In this document: positions 8,190 to 15,760 of the stretch, piece by piece
Layout of the letters: each line of letters starts with the position of its first letter
Position numbering within the stretch: position 1 is the stretch's first letter
NCBI RefSeq assembly: GCF_003010495.1
Contig: NZ_CP027570.1
Coordinates: 1,470,001 to 1,502,000 of the forward strand
Origin: Megasphaera elsdenii DSM 20460
GTDB taxonomy: Bacteria > Bacillota > Negativicutes > Veillonellales > Megasphaeraceae
Length of the DNA stretch: 32,000 bases
Reading direction: 5' to 3'
Notes under the pieces: generated by a model
The model's input: only the letters and a program-made list of their open reading frames with translations
The model's database searches: none
Told to the model about the DNA's origin: nothing
Position numbers and translations under genes: made by a program

Positions 8190-8311
8190 TTCAATTTTGA
8201 TTGGCAAGAATGGCTTATTTACGCCATTTTCGACCGTGGGGCATAGACAGAAAGACGCGGTAGAGCGCAGTAAAACGGAGTAAAACTGTAGGCGCGGGGT
8301 CAAGACGGGGG

Positions 8312-9388
8312 TCAGATGAGGTCACGGAGTTTGTCGACGACGCTGCTTTCCATAGCCGGCGTGATGTGGCTGTATGTGTCCATAGTCTGGGCAAAGGTGG
8401 CATGTCCCAGGCGGTATTGGATGACTTTGAAGTGGACGCCGGCTTTGACCAGGAGCGTCGCATGGGTATGACGGAGGGTATGGAAAGAGAAAGCTTCCGG
8501 CATCCCTGCCTTGCGGCCGTAAGCTTTCGTGCGGCGGGAAATGTATTTCGGATCATACGGCCGCCCATCGGGCCGGGCAAAGAGCAAGTTATTGTTTTCG
8601 TAGTTTAGGGCCGCCAGGCGCTCTTTGAAGATTATTTTTTCCTGCTTCCGGATGACGGCCAGCGTCTGATCATCAATGGAGATCGTCCGATGAGATGATT
8701 TATTTTTCGTCGTCTGGCTGATTACGACGCTTCCACCGACATTAAGGACCGTTTGATTGACCGTGAGCGTCTTATTTTTTACGTCAATGTCGCTGATGCG
8801 GAGGCCCAGCAGTTCGGACCGGCGCAGGCCTGTATAGAGGGCGACCCAGTACAGGTTGTGGTGCTTTGGATTCGGGACGGACGCCAAAAAGCGGGCCGCT
8901 TCGTCCTTGGTCAATGCCAGCACTTTGTCATGGGTTACAGCCGGAAGCTTGACGCCGCGGAGCGGATACGTCGGGATGATGCCGTCATTGACGGCCTGGC
9001 GCAGTCCGATTCGGACCACGGCTATCGCATATTGTACCGTGCGATTACTGTATCCCTGGGAGAGCAGGGAGGCAATCAGGTCGCGGAACATGTACGGCTG
9101 TAGCTCAATCAATTTTACCTTAGCCAGCATCGGCAGTACGTAGCGGCGCAGCTGAAAGACGTAAGAATCAAATGTATCCTCTGCCAGCGTCGACCTGGCG
9201 CCTCGTAGCCAGATAGATAGCCATTGACCTAAGGTGATATTATAATCGACGTTGGGAGCGGCGTGGAGTGCATTTTTGAATTGGTCGCGACGCTGTTCCG
9301 CTTCCTTGATGGTTCGGCCGTAAAAATAATGACGCTTGCCGTCGATGGTCAGAGAGACTTTGTAGCGGCCATCAGGTCTTTTTTTCAT
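8312..9388 (-). CDS. int: tyrosine recombinase / phage integrase
   Basis: The C-terminal catalytic region has HTLRHTHATLL...LGH...Y. The N-terminal SAM-like domain starts MKKRPDGRYKVSLTIDGKRHYFYG. I chose the start at 9388 (SD AAAGGA) because the longer ORF overlaps the next gene. Confidence 0.9.
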   Translation of the reverse strand: MKKRPDGRYKVSLTIDGKRHYFYGRTIKEAEQRRDQFKNALHAAPNVDYNITLGQWLSIWLRGARSTLAEDTFDSYVFQLRRYVLPMLAKVKLIELQPYMFRDLIASLLSQGYSNRTVQYAIAVVRIGLRQAVNDGIIPTYPLRGVKLPAVTHDKVLALTKDEAARFLASVPNPKHHNLYWVALYTGLRRSELLGLRISDIDVKNKTLTVNQTVLNVGGSVVISQTTKNKSSHRTISIDDQTLAVIRKQEKIIFKERLAALNYENNNLLFARPDGRPYDPKYISRRTKAYGRKAGMPEAFSFHTLRHTHATLLVKAGVHFKVIQYRLGHATFAQTMDTYSHITPAMESSVVDKLRDLI

Positions 9389-9431
9389 GTGGATTAATCC
9401 TTTCAAGTACAGAAGATAATTCAAAGGCTTT

Positions 9432-9647
9432 TCACGGCTTACATACGCCGCAAGGTACATATCCTTCGGCAAGAGCTTCATCACGGGAGTCGATGGGGAC
9501 AAAATTTTCAGGATGCTTGATGGTACGGCAGTCGGTATAGTGGAATTTCATGGAACGGGGATTGCCCAGGTAGTCGGCGGCAAAGGCTGTACCGACTGAG
9601 GACAATACGCAGATCATAGCCAGGACCAGGGGAAGTTTCTTAATCAT
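9432..9647 (-). CDS. small secreted protein with Ada-like zinc-ribbon motif
   Basis: Signal peptide (KKLPLVLAMICVLSSVGTAFA/AD) followed by KFHYTDC...EALAEGYVPCGVCKP (H/C...C..C.P pattern). Confidence 0.6.
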   Translation of the reverse strand: MIKKLPLVLAMICVLSSVGTAFAADYLGNPRSMKFHYTDCRTIKHPENFVPIDSRDEALAEGYVPCGVCKP

Positions 9648-9664
9648 AGGATTCATCCTTTCTT

Positions 9665-10498
9665 TTATTTTTTCTTCAGCTGATTTTTTCTTTCGTGTTC
9701 AATCTGCTTGATGCTTTTATCAGGAGTAGGGAGATCTTCTGGCATGGTTCCGCCTAATTCTTTGATTGTATTCCTAACGGCTTTCCCAACCATATAATGT
9801 GTTTTATTCGCCTTTTCCTTTCCATGGATTTTATCACGGCGAAGCTTTTCATCTGTTTGAGTAGCGCGAAATAAATTGGCAGCTAACTCTGTACTACCCA
9901 TATGATCCAGGATTTTTTGTGACTTTTTTAGTCCTTTACGGGCATGGATTTCTTTTTGACCTAATCCACCATAGAGGCCTTGGTAACCTTTATTTTGGAA
10001 AATAGCAAAATCGCGCGGTGTTTCTACACCTGACTGCTGAGCGGCTTCAACCAATGATTTATTATGTTCAATCAGATCACCGCGGATAGTCAGCCTTTTT
10101 TGATCTTCCGTCATATTGTCAAAGTCGTCCATGATTTCCTGCTGGCGAGTCTTCACAGCAAAATAAGTCTGAGCTAACGCAATGGCTTTTTTTCGTGAAT
10201 CTCCATTCATTGCGATTAAATAACATGCGTATCGGGATAAATGATAATCCTCCAAAGCACGTTGCGCCCCGCTGCCGATATTAACCATTCCGTGCACCTG
10301 CACGAAATGGTCAGAAACCTCATTATTACTAGCTTTGCAAGCGTCTATTGCTTTTAAAATTACTTTTTTAAAAAAGCGATATTCATTATAACCTAACACT
10401 TGAATAAGCTCTCTAGCAATCCAGTATTCCTGACCGTATTCATTGATATGTTTAATATTTTCAAAAAGAGATTCATTAATATTTTCTAGACTATTCAT
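9665..10498 (-). CDS. dinD: DNA damage-inducible protein D homologue
   Basis: Long stretches match my memory of E. coli DinD (LSRYACYL, FAIFQNxGYQGLYGGL, KGLKKxQKILDHMGSTELAANLFRATQT, ELGGTMPExLPTP). Confidence 0.85.
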   Translation of the reverse strand: MNSLENINESLFENIKHINEYGQEYWIARELIQVLGYNEYRFFKKVILKAIDACKASNNEVSDHFVQVHGMVNIGSGAQRALEDYHLSRYACYLIAMNGDSRKKAIALAQTYFAVKTRQQEIMDDFDNMTEDQKRLTIRGDLIEHNKSLVEAAQQSGVETPRDFAIFQNKGYQGLYGGLGQKEIHARKGLKKSQKILDHMGSTELAANLFRATQTDEKLRRDKIHGKEKANKTHYMVGKAVRNTIKELGGTMPEDLPTPDKSIKQIEHERKNQLKKK

Positions 10499-10712
10499 CG
10501 AAAAGACTCCTTTCTAAAACTTCCGCCTTATCTTCATCTCCGTGCCAATGATTTATACTGAAATTAAAATAGTTTGAGTTCGTTCATAAATGTCCTCCAT
10601 GAAAAAAATAAATTTTTAAAATTCCGAATATCTTTTGCATATCTGTTAAAAACGCCATGGATTTCGCAAGATAAATCATTTTCGTCGATATCTTGTGAAT
10701 ATTGATTGTCCT

Positions 10713-11267
10713 TTATTTAAGCAATTTAGCTTTGGCTGCCTGGAACTCTTCGTCTGTAAGCATATTGGCTTTCTTCAAATTAGCCAATCTTTCCAGCTGA
10801 GAGATTAAATCTTCTGAATCTAAAGCTGGACTTGATGCAGGGGCTGAAGTCGGGGACGTTGACATGGATTGTTTTTGTTTAAAGGCGTCCCAGGCGGAAT
10901 GGATGCTTTCATAGAGGGGCGTGATATATTGCTTGACCATCTTTTTGACCACCATTGCAGATCCGGATGTCGTAAAGAGTAATTCACCAAATACTAATCC
11001 AGTTTCATACTCAATGGAACTTAGCTTATCATAACCGATTTCATGCACCTTTAGGCCATAAATTAGCCCCTTATCAACTAATATGACTCGCTGATCAGTA
11101 ACAACCAATAAACAATAACTGGATTCGAGCATTCCGGTAGCCGCATTTTTTATTTGTTCATTTTCGCGCAAAATATGGGGTAATTCTTTTACTTCTTTTC
11201 GCTTAGCCGCCTGACTATCAGTACTGACGTCATTGATGATTTCTTTTAATTCTTCATAGGAATACAT
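10713..11267 (-). CDS. bacterial PH (YokE-like) domain + C-terminal SHOCT domain protein
   Basis: LLVVTDQRVILVDKG...IEY resembles the bPH fold. The C-terminal LISQLERLANLKKANMLTDEEFQAAKAKLL resembles the SHOCT motif. Confidence 0.65.
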   Translation of the reverse strand: MYSYEELKEIINDVSTDSQAAKRKEVKELPHILRENEQIKNAATGMLESSYCLLVVTDQRVILVDKGLIYGLKVHEIGYDKLSSIEYETGLVFGELLFTTSGSAMVVKKMVKQYITPLYESIHSAWDAFKQKQSMSTSPTSAPASSPALDSEDLISQLERLANLKKANMLTDEEFQAAKAKLLK

Positions 11268-11323
11268 ATTACAATAACCTCCTTTGAACGGATTTATTCA
11301 TAATATATCGAGATTAAACGAAT

Positions 11324-11351
11324 CCCGCCTCTATTATGTGTAGAAGGCGGG
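11324..11351. terminator. hairpin between the DUF4041-like and PH/SHOCT genes
   Basis: CCCGCCT...AGGCGGG stem. The T-run is clear on the plus strand and weaker on the minus strand. Confidence 0.4.
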
Positions 11352-11371
11352 TTTTGTTGTTGCGGCTCTTT

Positions 11372-12802
11372 TTAAGATGCCGATTGAGCTATGTTTAGTG
11401 TTTCACGATATTCTTCCGCCTTGGGGACTTCTACGAAGGTTACGGCCTTATCATACTTTTCCTTAACAAGGTTTTCGATTTCTGACAATTTTACTTTGAA
11501 AAACTCTTTTCGATGATTTACTTTATTGACTTCCATGTCCCTGAAATGCTGATGAAGCAAAGATTCCAATGCAGGAGCATCATCAGAAAAGATGAGAGCA
11601 TGAACATCGAATTCAAAAGGAACAGAAGCGCTGCTCAACTCTTTGATACGATCCATTGGTTCCAGCCGACGTGTCATGCCGATTTTATAAACATCTTCAC
11701 CAAATGAACCTATATTTGAAATGATGTATACATAGCCAGCTTTGGCATTGGCTTCGCGTTGCGCAAGACTTTCTTTTTCTTGAGTAAGTTTTTCTAATTT
11801 CTCATTCAATTCCTTAATTTTATCCAGGTATAATTGCTTTTCTGCGTCCATGGAACTTTTTTGTAAATATTTCATAGTGCGTTCGATTTCATGCTTAAAT
11901 TGAGCTTCATCCTTTTCAATCTTCTTTTTAGCCATTTCCATTTCATGACGTACTTTTTCTTCTTCACGAAGTTGTTCTTTTCTGACTTGGAAAAGTTCTT
12001 TTTCTTCTTGTAATTTTTTTTGATATTCGTACAAACAGCTCATCCGTTCAAGTTTTATTTTAAGAAAAGCCTTGGTTAATTGGACGTTATCAATGGAAAA
12101 AAGTTTATTATGAGCTTCAAAAGATCGGATAATTTTCTGACGAATTGAATCAATATTACGAACGGTTACATTACCAATAAGATTATCTGTTTCCGTATTG
12201 AAACTGCGCAATAATTGATTTTTTTGTTTTCTCAGGTATGATTTAGTGTGTTCATTGGCGCTGCCAGTAAAAATGATGGCCCCATCATTTTTTTGCAAAT
12301 CTTTTTCCTCAGCTGAAAATAAAGATAATTTATTTTTTATTTCATCAGAAGATATTTGATCATAAAGAGTAGAATCTATTTCAGAAGTAACCAATGCGTT
12401 ATCCACTGCATTACAGACCGCATCAAGAGCTTGTTGTTCTTTTTTTGATTCAGCAGCAAGGCGATGAGATAAGTCTTCATATCTTTTTTTCAAAGAAAAT
12501 TCTTTCTTTTTATAATCATTTTCCAATTCCTTATACTGGTTGTTATAATCAGCGACACGTTGAGAATATTCTTCTTGAAGGTCTATTAAATGTTGTTGTT
12601 CAGATGATATTTTTTCCCGTATATCACCTAATTGAATTAATTCAGTCATTTCAATACTACGATATTTTTTATGACGCAAATAAACAAGAACCAATGCAAT
12701 AATTAAAGGAATTCCATATGCGAGTGAAAAAGCGCTTAGAATAACCATAAATAAAGGACTGAAATAAAGAGGCGCTTCTTTAAAATTGGTAGGTAATTTC
12801 AT
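11372..12802 (-). CDS. membrane-anchored coiled-coil protein with DUF4041-like region and C-terminal T5orf172/MUG113 (GIY-YIG-like) domain
   Basis: N-terminal TM helix, about 300 aa of K/E-rich heptad-like sequence, and a C-terminal GYVYIISN...VYKIGMTRR...EFF motif. It starts 36 bp after the cI stop on the same strand and has its own SD. Confidence 0.7.
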   Translation of the reverse strand: MKLPTNFKEAPLYFSPLFMVILSAFSLAYGIPLIIALVLVYLRHKKYRSIEMTELIQLGDIREKISSEQQHLIDLQEEYSQRVADYNNQYKELENDYKKKEFSLKKRYEDLSHRLAAESKKEQQALDAVCNAVDNALVTSEIDSTLYDQISSDEIKNKLSLFSAEEKDLQKNDGAIIFTGSANEHTKSYLRKQKNQLLRSFNTETDNLIGNVTVRNIDSIRQKIIRSFEAHNKLFSIDNVQLTKAFLKIKLERMSCLYEYQKKLQEEKELFQVRKEQLREEEKVRHEMEMAKKKIEKDEAQFKHEIERTMKYLQKSSMDAEKQLYLDKIKELNEKLEKLTQEKESLAQREANAKAGYVYIISNIGSFGEDVYKIGMTRRLEPMDRIKELSSASVPFEFDVHALIFSDDAPALESLLHQHFRDMEVNKVNHRKEFFKVKLSEIENLVKEKYDKAVTFVEVPKAEEYRETLNIAQSAS

Positions 12803-12838
12803 TGATTACATCTCCCTTGTGTTTATATTTATTGTATT

Positions 12839-13453
12839 TTAAAACTTACGCCGCATTTCTACCACCTTGCCAATAATCTGAATGGGGAGCGATTCAATGT
12901 CGTGGTTGGAGTAGAAGTGGGGCGTATATACGGCGACATTATGACCGATGAGTGTGATGCCAGCAGGACTTTCTTTTATCTCTTTGACAGTGGCATCATT
13001 TCCATTTATGAGAACAATGGCAATATCTCCAGAATCTACGGTTGGCTGTCTTTTGACGATGACGATGTCGCCGTTGCGCAAAGTGGGTTCCATTGAGTCA
13101 CCCTTAACTTGCAGTGCGAAGAAATCGCCTGTTGCGGCGAGTTCCGGGCTAATTTCTTCGTAGTCTAATATTTCTTCGACAGCATCTATGGGGATGCCAG
13201 CCACGACGCGCCCTAGAACAGGGATTCGGACACCTTTTTTATTTCTAGGTTGAGTAGTAACTCCTTTTAGCAAATAGTCCGTTGTGACATGAAAAAAATC
13301 AGCTAGTGCGACAGCTTCGTCATCCCTCAAAGGCCGTTTACCCAGTTCAATTCTATTAAGGACGATACGATTCATACCTATAGCGGCCGCGACTTCTTTT
13401 TGTTGTAAGTTTTGCTCTTTTCTTAGCTTTGTAATTCTTTGCCCAGATGTCAT
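12839..13453 (-). CDS. cI: CI/LexA-like phage repressor (XRE HTH + S24 peptidase)
   Basis: HTH (LQQKEVAAAIGMNRIVLNRIELGKR), linker, and S24 motifs (VPVLGRVVAG, GDSMEP, K in VKR). ATG 13453 lies 6 nt after AGGTG. Confidence 0.9.
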   Translation of the reverse strand: MTSGQRITKLRKEQNLQQKEVAAAIGMNRIVLNRIELGKRPLRDDEAVALADFFHVTTDYLLKGVTTQPRNKKGVRIPVLGRVVAGIPIDAVEEILDYEEISPELAATGDFFALQVKGDSMEPTLRNGDIVIVKRQPTVDSGDIAIVLINGNDATVKEIKESPAGITLIGHNVAVYTPHFYSNHDIESLPIQIIGKVVEMRRKF

Positions 13454-13494
13454 ATTTATCACCTCTCAATATTTACAATTTGTAACTTAGTTCA

Positions 13495-13523
13495 ATTATA
13501 GTAGTTACAAATTGTAAAATCAA
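13495..13523 (-). promoter_or_regulatory. leftward (repressor) promoter: -35 TTGATT, 17 nt, -10 TATAAT
   Basis: Read on the minus strand. Operator O2 fills the spacer. Confidence 0.6.
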
Positions 13524-13551
13524 TTAAAGTTATAATTTATAACTAAACATA

Positions 13552-13580
13552 TTGACAAGTTACATTTTGTAAATTATAAT
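13552..13580 (+). promoter_or_regulatory. rightward early promoter: consensus -35 TTGACA, 17 nt, -10 TATAAT
   Basis: Both hexamers are perfect consensus. Operator O3 occupies the spacer. Confidence 0.75.
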
Positions 13581-13628
13581 GACGATATAGGAAGTTACAA
13601 AACGTAACTATCATAAGGAGGTGATACA

Positions 13629-13829
13629 ATGCCAAAGGTTAATCTAAAGTTTATCAAAAAGAGAAGATTAGAACTTCATATTACACAAGCTCAAATGGCT
13701 AAAGCATTAGGACTCAGTTCATCTTCTGGGTATAATCATTACGAAAATGGCAATCGCCGCTTTACTGCTGATTTTATGCCAATAATGGCAAAAATACTTA
13801 AGTGTAGCATAGAAGAATTATATACTTAA
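13629..13829 (+). CDS. cro: Cro-like XRE-family HTH protein
   Basis: 66 aa with HTH (ITQAQMAKALGLSSSSGYNHYENG), divergent from cI. SD AAGGAGGTG. Confidence 0.8.
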   Translation: MPKVNLKFIKKRRLELHITQAQMAKALGLSSSSGYNHYENGNRRFTADFMPIMAKILKCSIEELYT

Positions 13830-13883
13830 TTTTTTTATTTTGAAAAGTTATGAAATGTAACTAAAAATTGTAAAAAAGAAAAA

Positions 13884-14198
13884 ATGGGGGAAATGATGAA
13901 GCTAAATATGAGGCCAGATAAGGGAAAACATACAAGGATTGATGAAGTTAAGGGAGATGAGAAAATGAAACATTACAACGAATACGTAGACAGCCGTGGC
14001 TGGCATTATCGAGCTATGCCGCTTATCGGCGGTCAACCATACGCAATTTGCTATCAGCGTACACCCGGTGGCGGTTGGCATCGGATGAAACAGATGATGT
14101 TGCGCATGACATTGGCCGAAGCCAAACAAGATCTTGATGAATATGCGGCCAAGAAAGGCTGGACGGGATTAACGAATTATATGGGAGGAAACCCATAA
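13884..14198 (+). CDS. hypothetical phage protein (start uncertain; ATG 13965 is also plausible)
   Basis: An ORF in the early operon. I recognise no motif. Confidence 0.45.
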   Translation: MGEMMKLNMRPDKGKHTRIDEVKGDEKMKHYNEYVDSRGWHYRAMPLIGGQPYAICYQRTPGGGWHRMKQMMLRMTLAEAKQDLDEYAAKKGWTGLTNYMGGNP

Positions 14199-14452
14199 TG
14201 GACAGCATGACAACAATTAAGGTACTTCGACAAGAAGTATATGACGCGGCGTACAGGTATTACATGGACCTTCGACTCAATCCCTCTAAAACGCCAAATA
14301 CGTACTTCATATATGCCGGAGTAGAAAGACTAGCCAAAAGCATACTTAGAGGGGGGAGCCGCCATACCTATCCGGATATGGCTGATGACTGGCTGGACCA
14401 TATCGAACAAAAGGCCAAGCAAGACGTATACTGTTTGAATTGGCCGCATTAA
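14198..14452 (+). CDS. hypothetical phage protein
   Basis: Translationally coupled (its ATG overlaps the preceding stop). SD GGGAGGA. Confidence 0.5.
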   Translation: MDSMTTIKVLRQEVYDAAYRYYMDLRLNPSKTPNTYFIYAGVERLAKSILRGGSRHTYPDMADDWLDHIEQKAKQDVYCLNWPH

Positions 14453-14466
14453 GGGCTGGTGATATT

Positions 14467-14697
14467 ATGAGAAAACTAATAATGGAAAATACTCGGGACT
14501 GCACGGGAACCATGGTAACGCAGTTCAAGAGCCCGAAAGGTGGAAACCTGACCTTCGTGGACATTCATAATTACCTGGTCCGTACATTTGGTGGCGGTGT
14601 ATATTTGGCCGTCATAAACGCAAACGACGGAGAGATTGTAGATAAAATCGACGTCATAGACGCGTATGATGCCAGCGACATGGAACGTTTCCTTTGA
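14467..14697 (+). CDS. hypothetical phage protein
   Basis: An ORF in the early operon. The start is placed at the internal ATG (MRKLIMEN). Confidence 0.45.
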   Translation: MRKLIMENTRDCTGTMVTQFKSPKGGNLTFVDIHNYLVRTFGGGVYLAVINANDGEIVDKIDVIDAYDASDMERFL

Positions 14698-14729
14698 TGT
14701 TCAGTTTCATTATAGCGGAAAGGGGATGG

Positions 14730-15233
14730 ATGAACATGAGTAAAAGGTTCGGGATTGAAATCAAAAAAGCCCGCAAAGATGCGGGAATGACGCAGGAGCA
14801 GGCAGCGGAAGCGCTGAACGTGTCCGTAAGGACGTACGCAAAGTATGAAAGCGGGGAAATCCTGCCAGGCGACGACATGGTTGCCGGCATGATGCAGGTC
14901 TTTGAAAATCCGTGCCTCGGCTATGCGTATTTGTCGAAAGAATCGGCAGTAGGCAGGCTGATCCTGCCGAAAATCGGAAAACTGCCGGGCGTCGCGGCCG
15001 GGGCCATGCAGTATCATGTAGCCCTGGCTGATGCGAACAGCGACTGCATCCGGCTCGAACGTATCTGCTGTGATGACAAAATCACCATGGCCGAAGAAAG
15101 GGATCTGAGTCCCATTGTAGAGAAAATCTTTGATTTAGCCGGAAAAGGATTGACGCTCTATCTGACCTGTCCGAAACGGACACAAAAAAAGAACCGCTCG
15201 GCGGCAACCGAACGGCTCTTATGCGGGAAGTGA
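14730..15233 (+). CDS. XRE-family HTH protein (second early regulator / possible antirepressor)
   Basis: IKKARKDAGMTQEQAAEALNVSVRTYAKYESGE is a classic XRE HTH. ATG follows the SD AAAGGGGA. Confidence 0.7.
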   Translation: MNMSKRFGIEIKKARKDAGMTQEQAAEALNVSVRTYAKYESGEILPGDDMVAGMMQVFENPCLGYAYLSKESAVGRLILPKIGKLPGVAAGAMQYHVALADANSDCIRLERICCDDKITMAEERDLSPIVEKIFDLAGKGLTLYLTCPKRTQKKNRSAATERLLCGK

Positions 15234-15299
15234 ACACAAAAATAAGTCTACAGATATTGTAGCACGAAGCGAAGAAAGCCGCAATAGAGAGGAAACCAC

Positions 15300-15470
15300 A
15301 TGGGAAATCAAATAAATGACGGGCCATGGGCCGAAATGAAGCAAATCAATGAAAAAGCGGAGCAAATCAATAAAAAAGCGGAGCGAATCAATAAAAAAGC
15401 GGAGCGAATCACCGCGATTAACGTCTTAATCCTCGTTTTGAATATCGCAATATTCATGATGGGGAAGTAA
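15300..15470 (+). CDS. 56-aa tail-anchored protein with heptad repeats (not in ORF track)
   Basis: MGNQINDGPWAEMKQINEKAEQINKKAERINKKAERITAINVLILVLNIAIFMMGK. SD GAGAGGAAA, and a C-terminal TM helix. Confidence 0.45.
   Translation: MGNQINDGPWAEMKQINEKAEQINKKAERINKKAERITAINVLILVLNIAIFMMGK
15347..15409. repeat. 3 x 21-bp tandem direct repeat (CAATRAAAAAGCGGAGCRAAT)
   Basis: Read directly from the sequence. Copies 2 and 3 are identical, and copy 1 differs at 2 positions. Confidence 0.9.
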
Positions 15471-15484
15471 AAAGGGGCGATAGT

Positions 15485-15745
15485 ATGGAAAAGAAGCTGG
15501 AGCCGATGAAATTGAGCGACCAACTGACGTGGAACCGCAAGGAATTGGCGGAAGTCACGGGGCGCAGTAAAGAAATCATAGATCAATGGATCTATGAAGG
15601 GGCGCCATGTTGCCGGGAAGGGCATACGTACGTCTTTGAGCGTACGAGCATGATTGCCTGGCTTCGCGAACGGGCTATTAATCGTATCGGTATGACCAGG
15701 AAGAACGTCTATGACGACGTATTTCCGGGCATTGAATTAGCGTGA
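15485..15745 (+). CDS. small DNA-binding protein (excisionase/MerR-like HTH)
   Basis: LTWNRKELAEVTGRSKEIIDQWIYEG resembles an HTH_17-type motif. The assignment is tentative. Confidence 0.45.
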   Translation: MEKKLEPMKLSDQLTWNRKELAEVTGRSKEIIDQWIYEGAPCCREGHTYVFERTSMIAWLRERAINRIGMTRKNVYDDVFPGIELA

Positions 15746-15760
15746 ACAGGAGGGAAATCG

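Larger units (their letters stand above)
13473..13607. promoter_or_regulatory. four 13-bp operators TTACA-N3-(T/C)GTAA (O1 13473-85, O2 13505-17, O3 13560-72, O4 13595-607)
   Basis: TTACAATTTGTAA, TTACAAATTGTAA, TTACATTTTGTAA and TTACAAAACGTAA, read directly from the sequence. They lie between the divergent cI and cro genes. Confidence 0.75.

Noticed and set aside
8143-8220. A possible complete tRNA gene on the minus strand.
   Set aside because: Only the anticodon loop to CCA segment is tRNA-like. The sequence 5' of it (TTGCCAATCAAAATTGAA) cannot form the anticodon-stem partner, the D-arm or the acceptor 5' strand GGACCAT.
10499-10712. A possible SOS (Cheo) box or small genes upstream of dinD.
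   Set aside because: Only GAACGAAC is present, with no inverted CGAAC-N4-GTTCG. The only ORFs are 12-20 codons without an SD. I make no supported call for this spacer.
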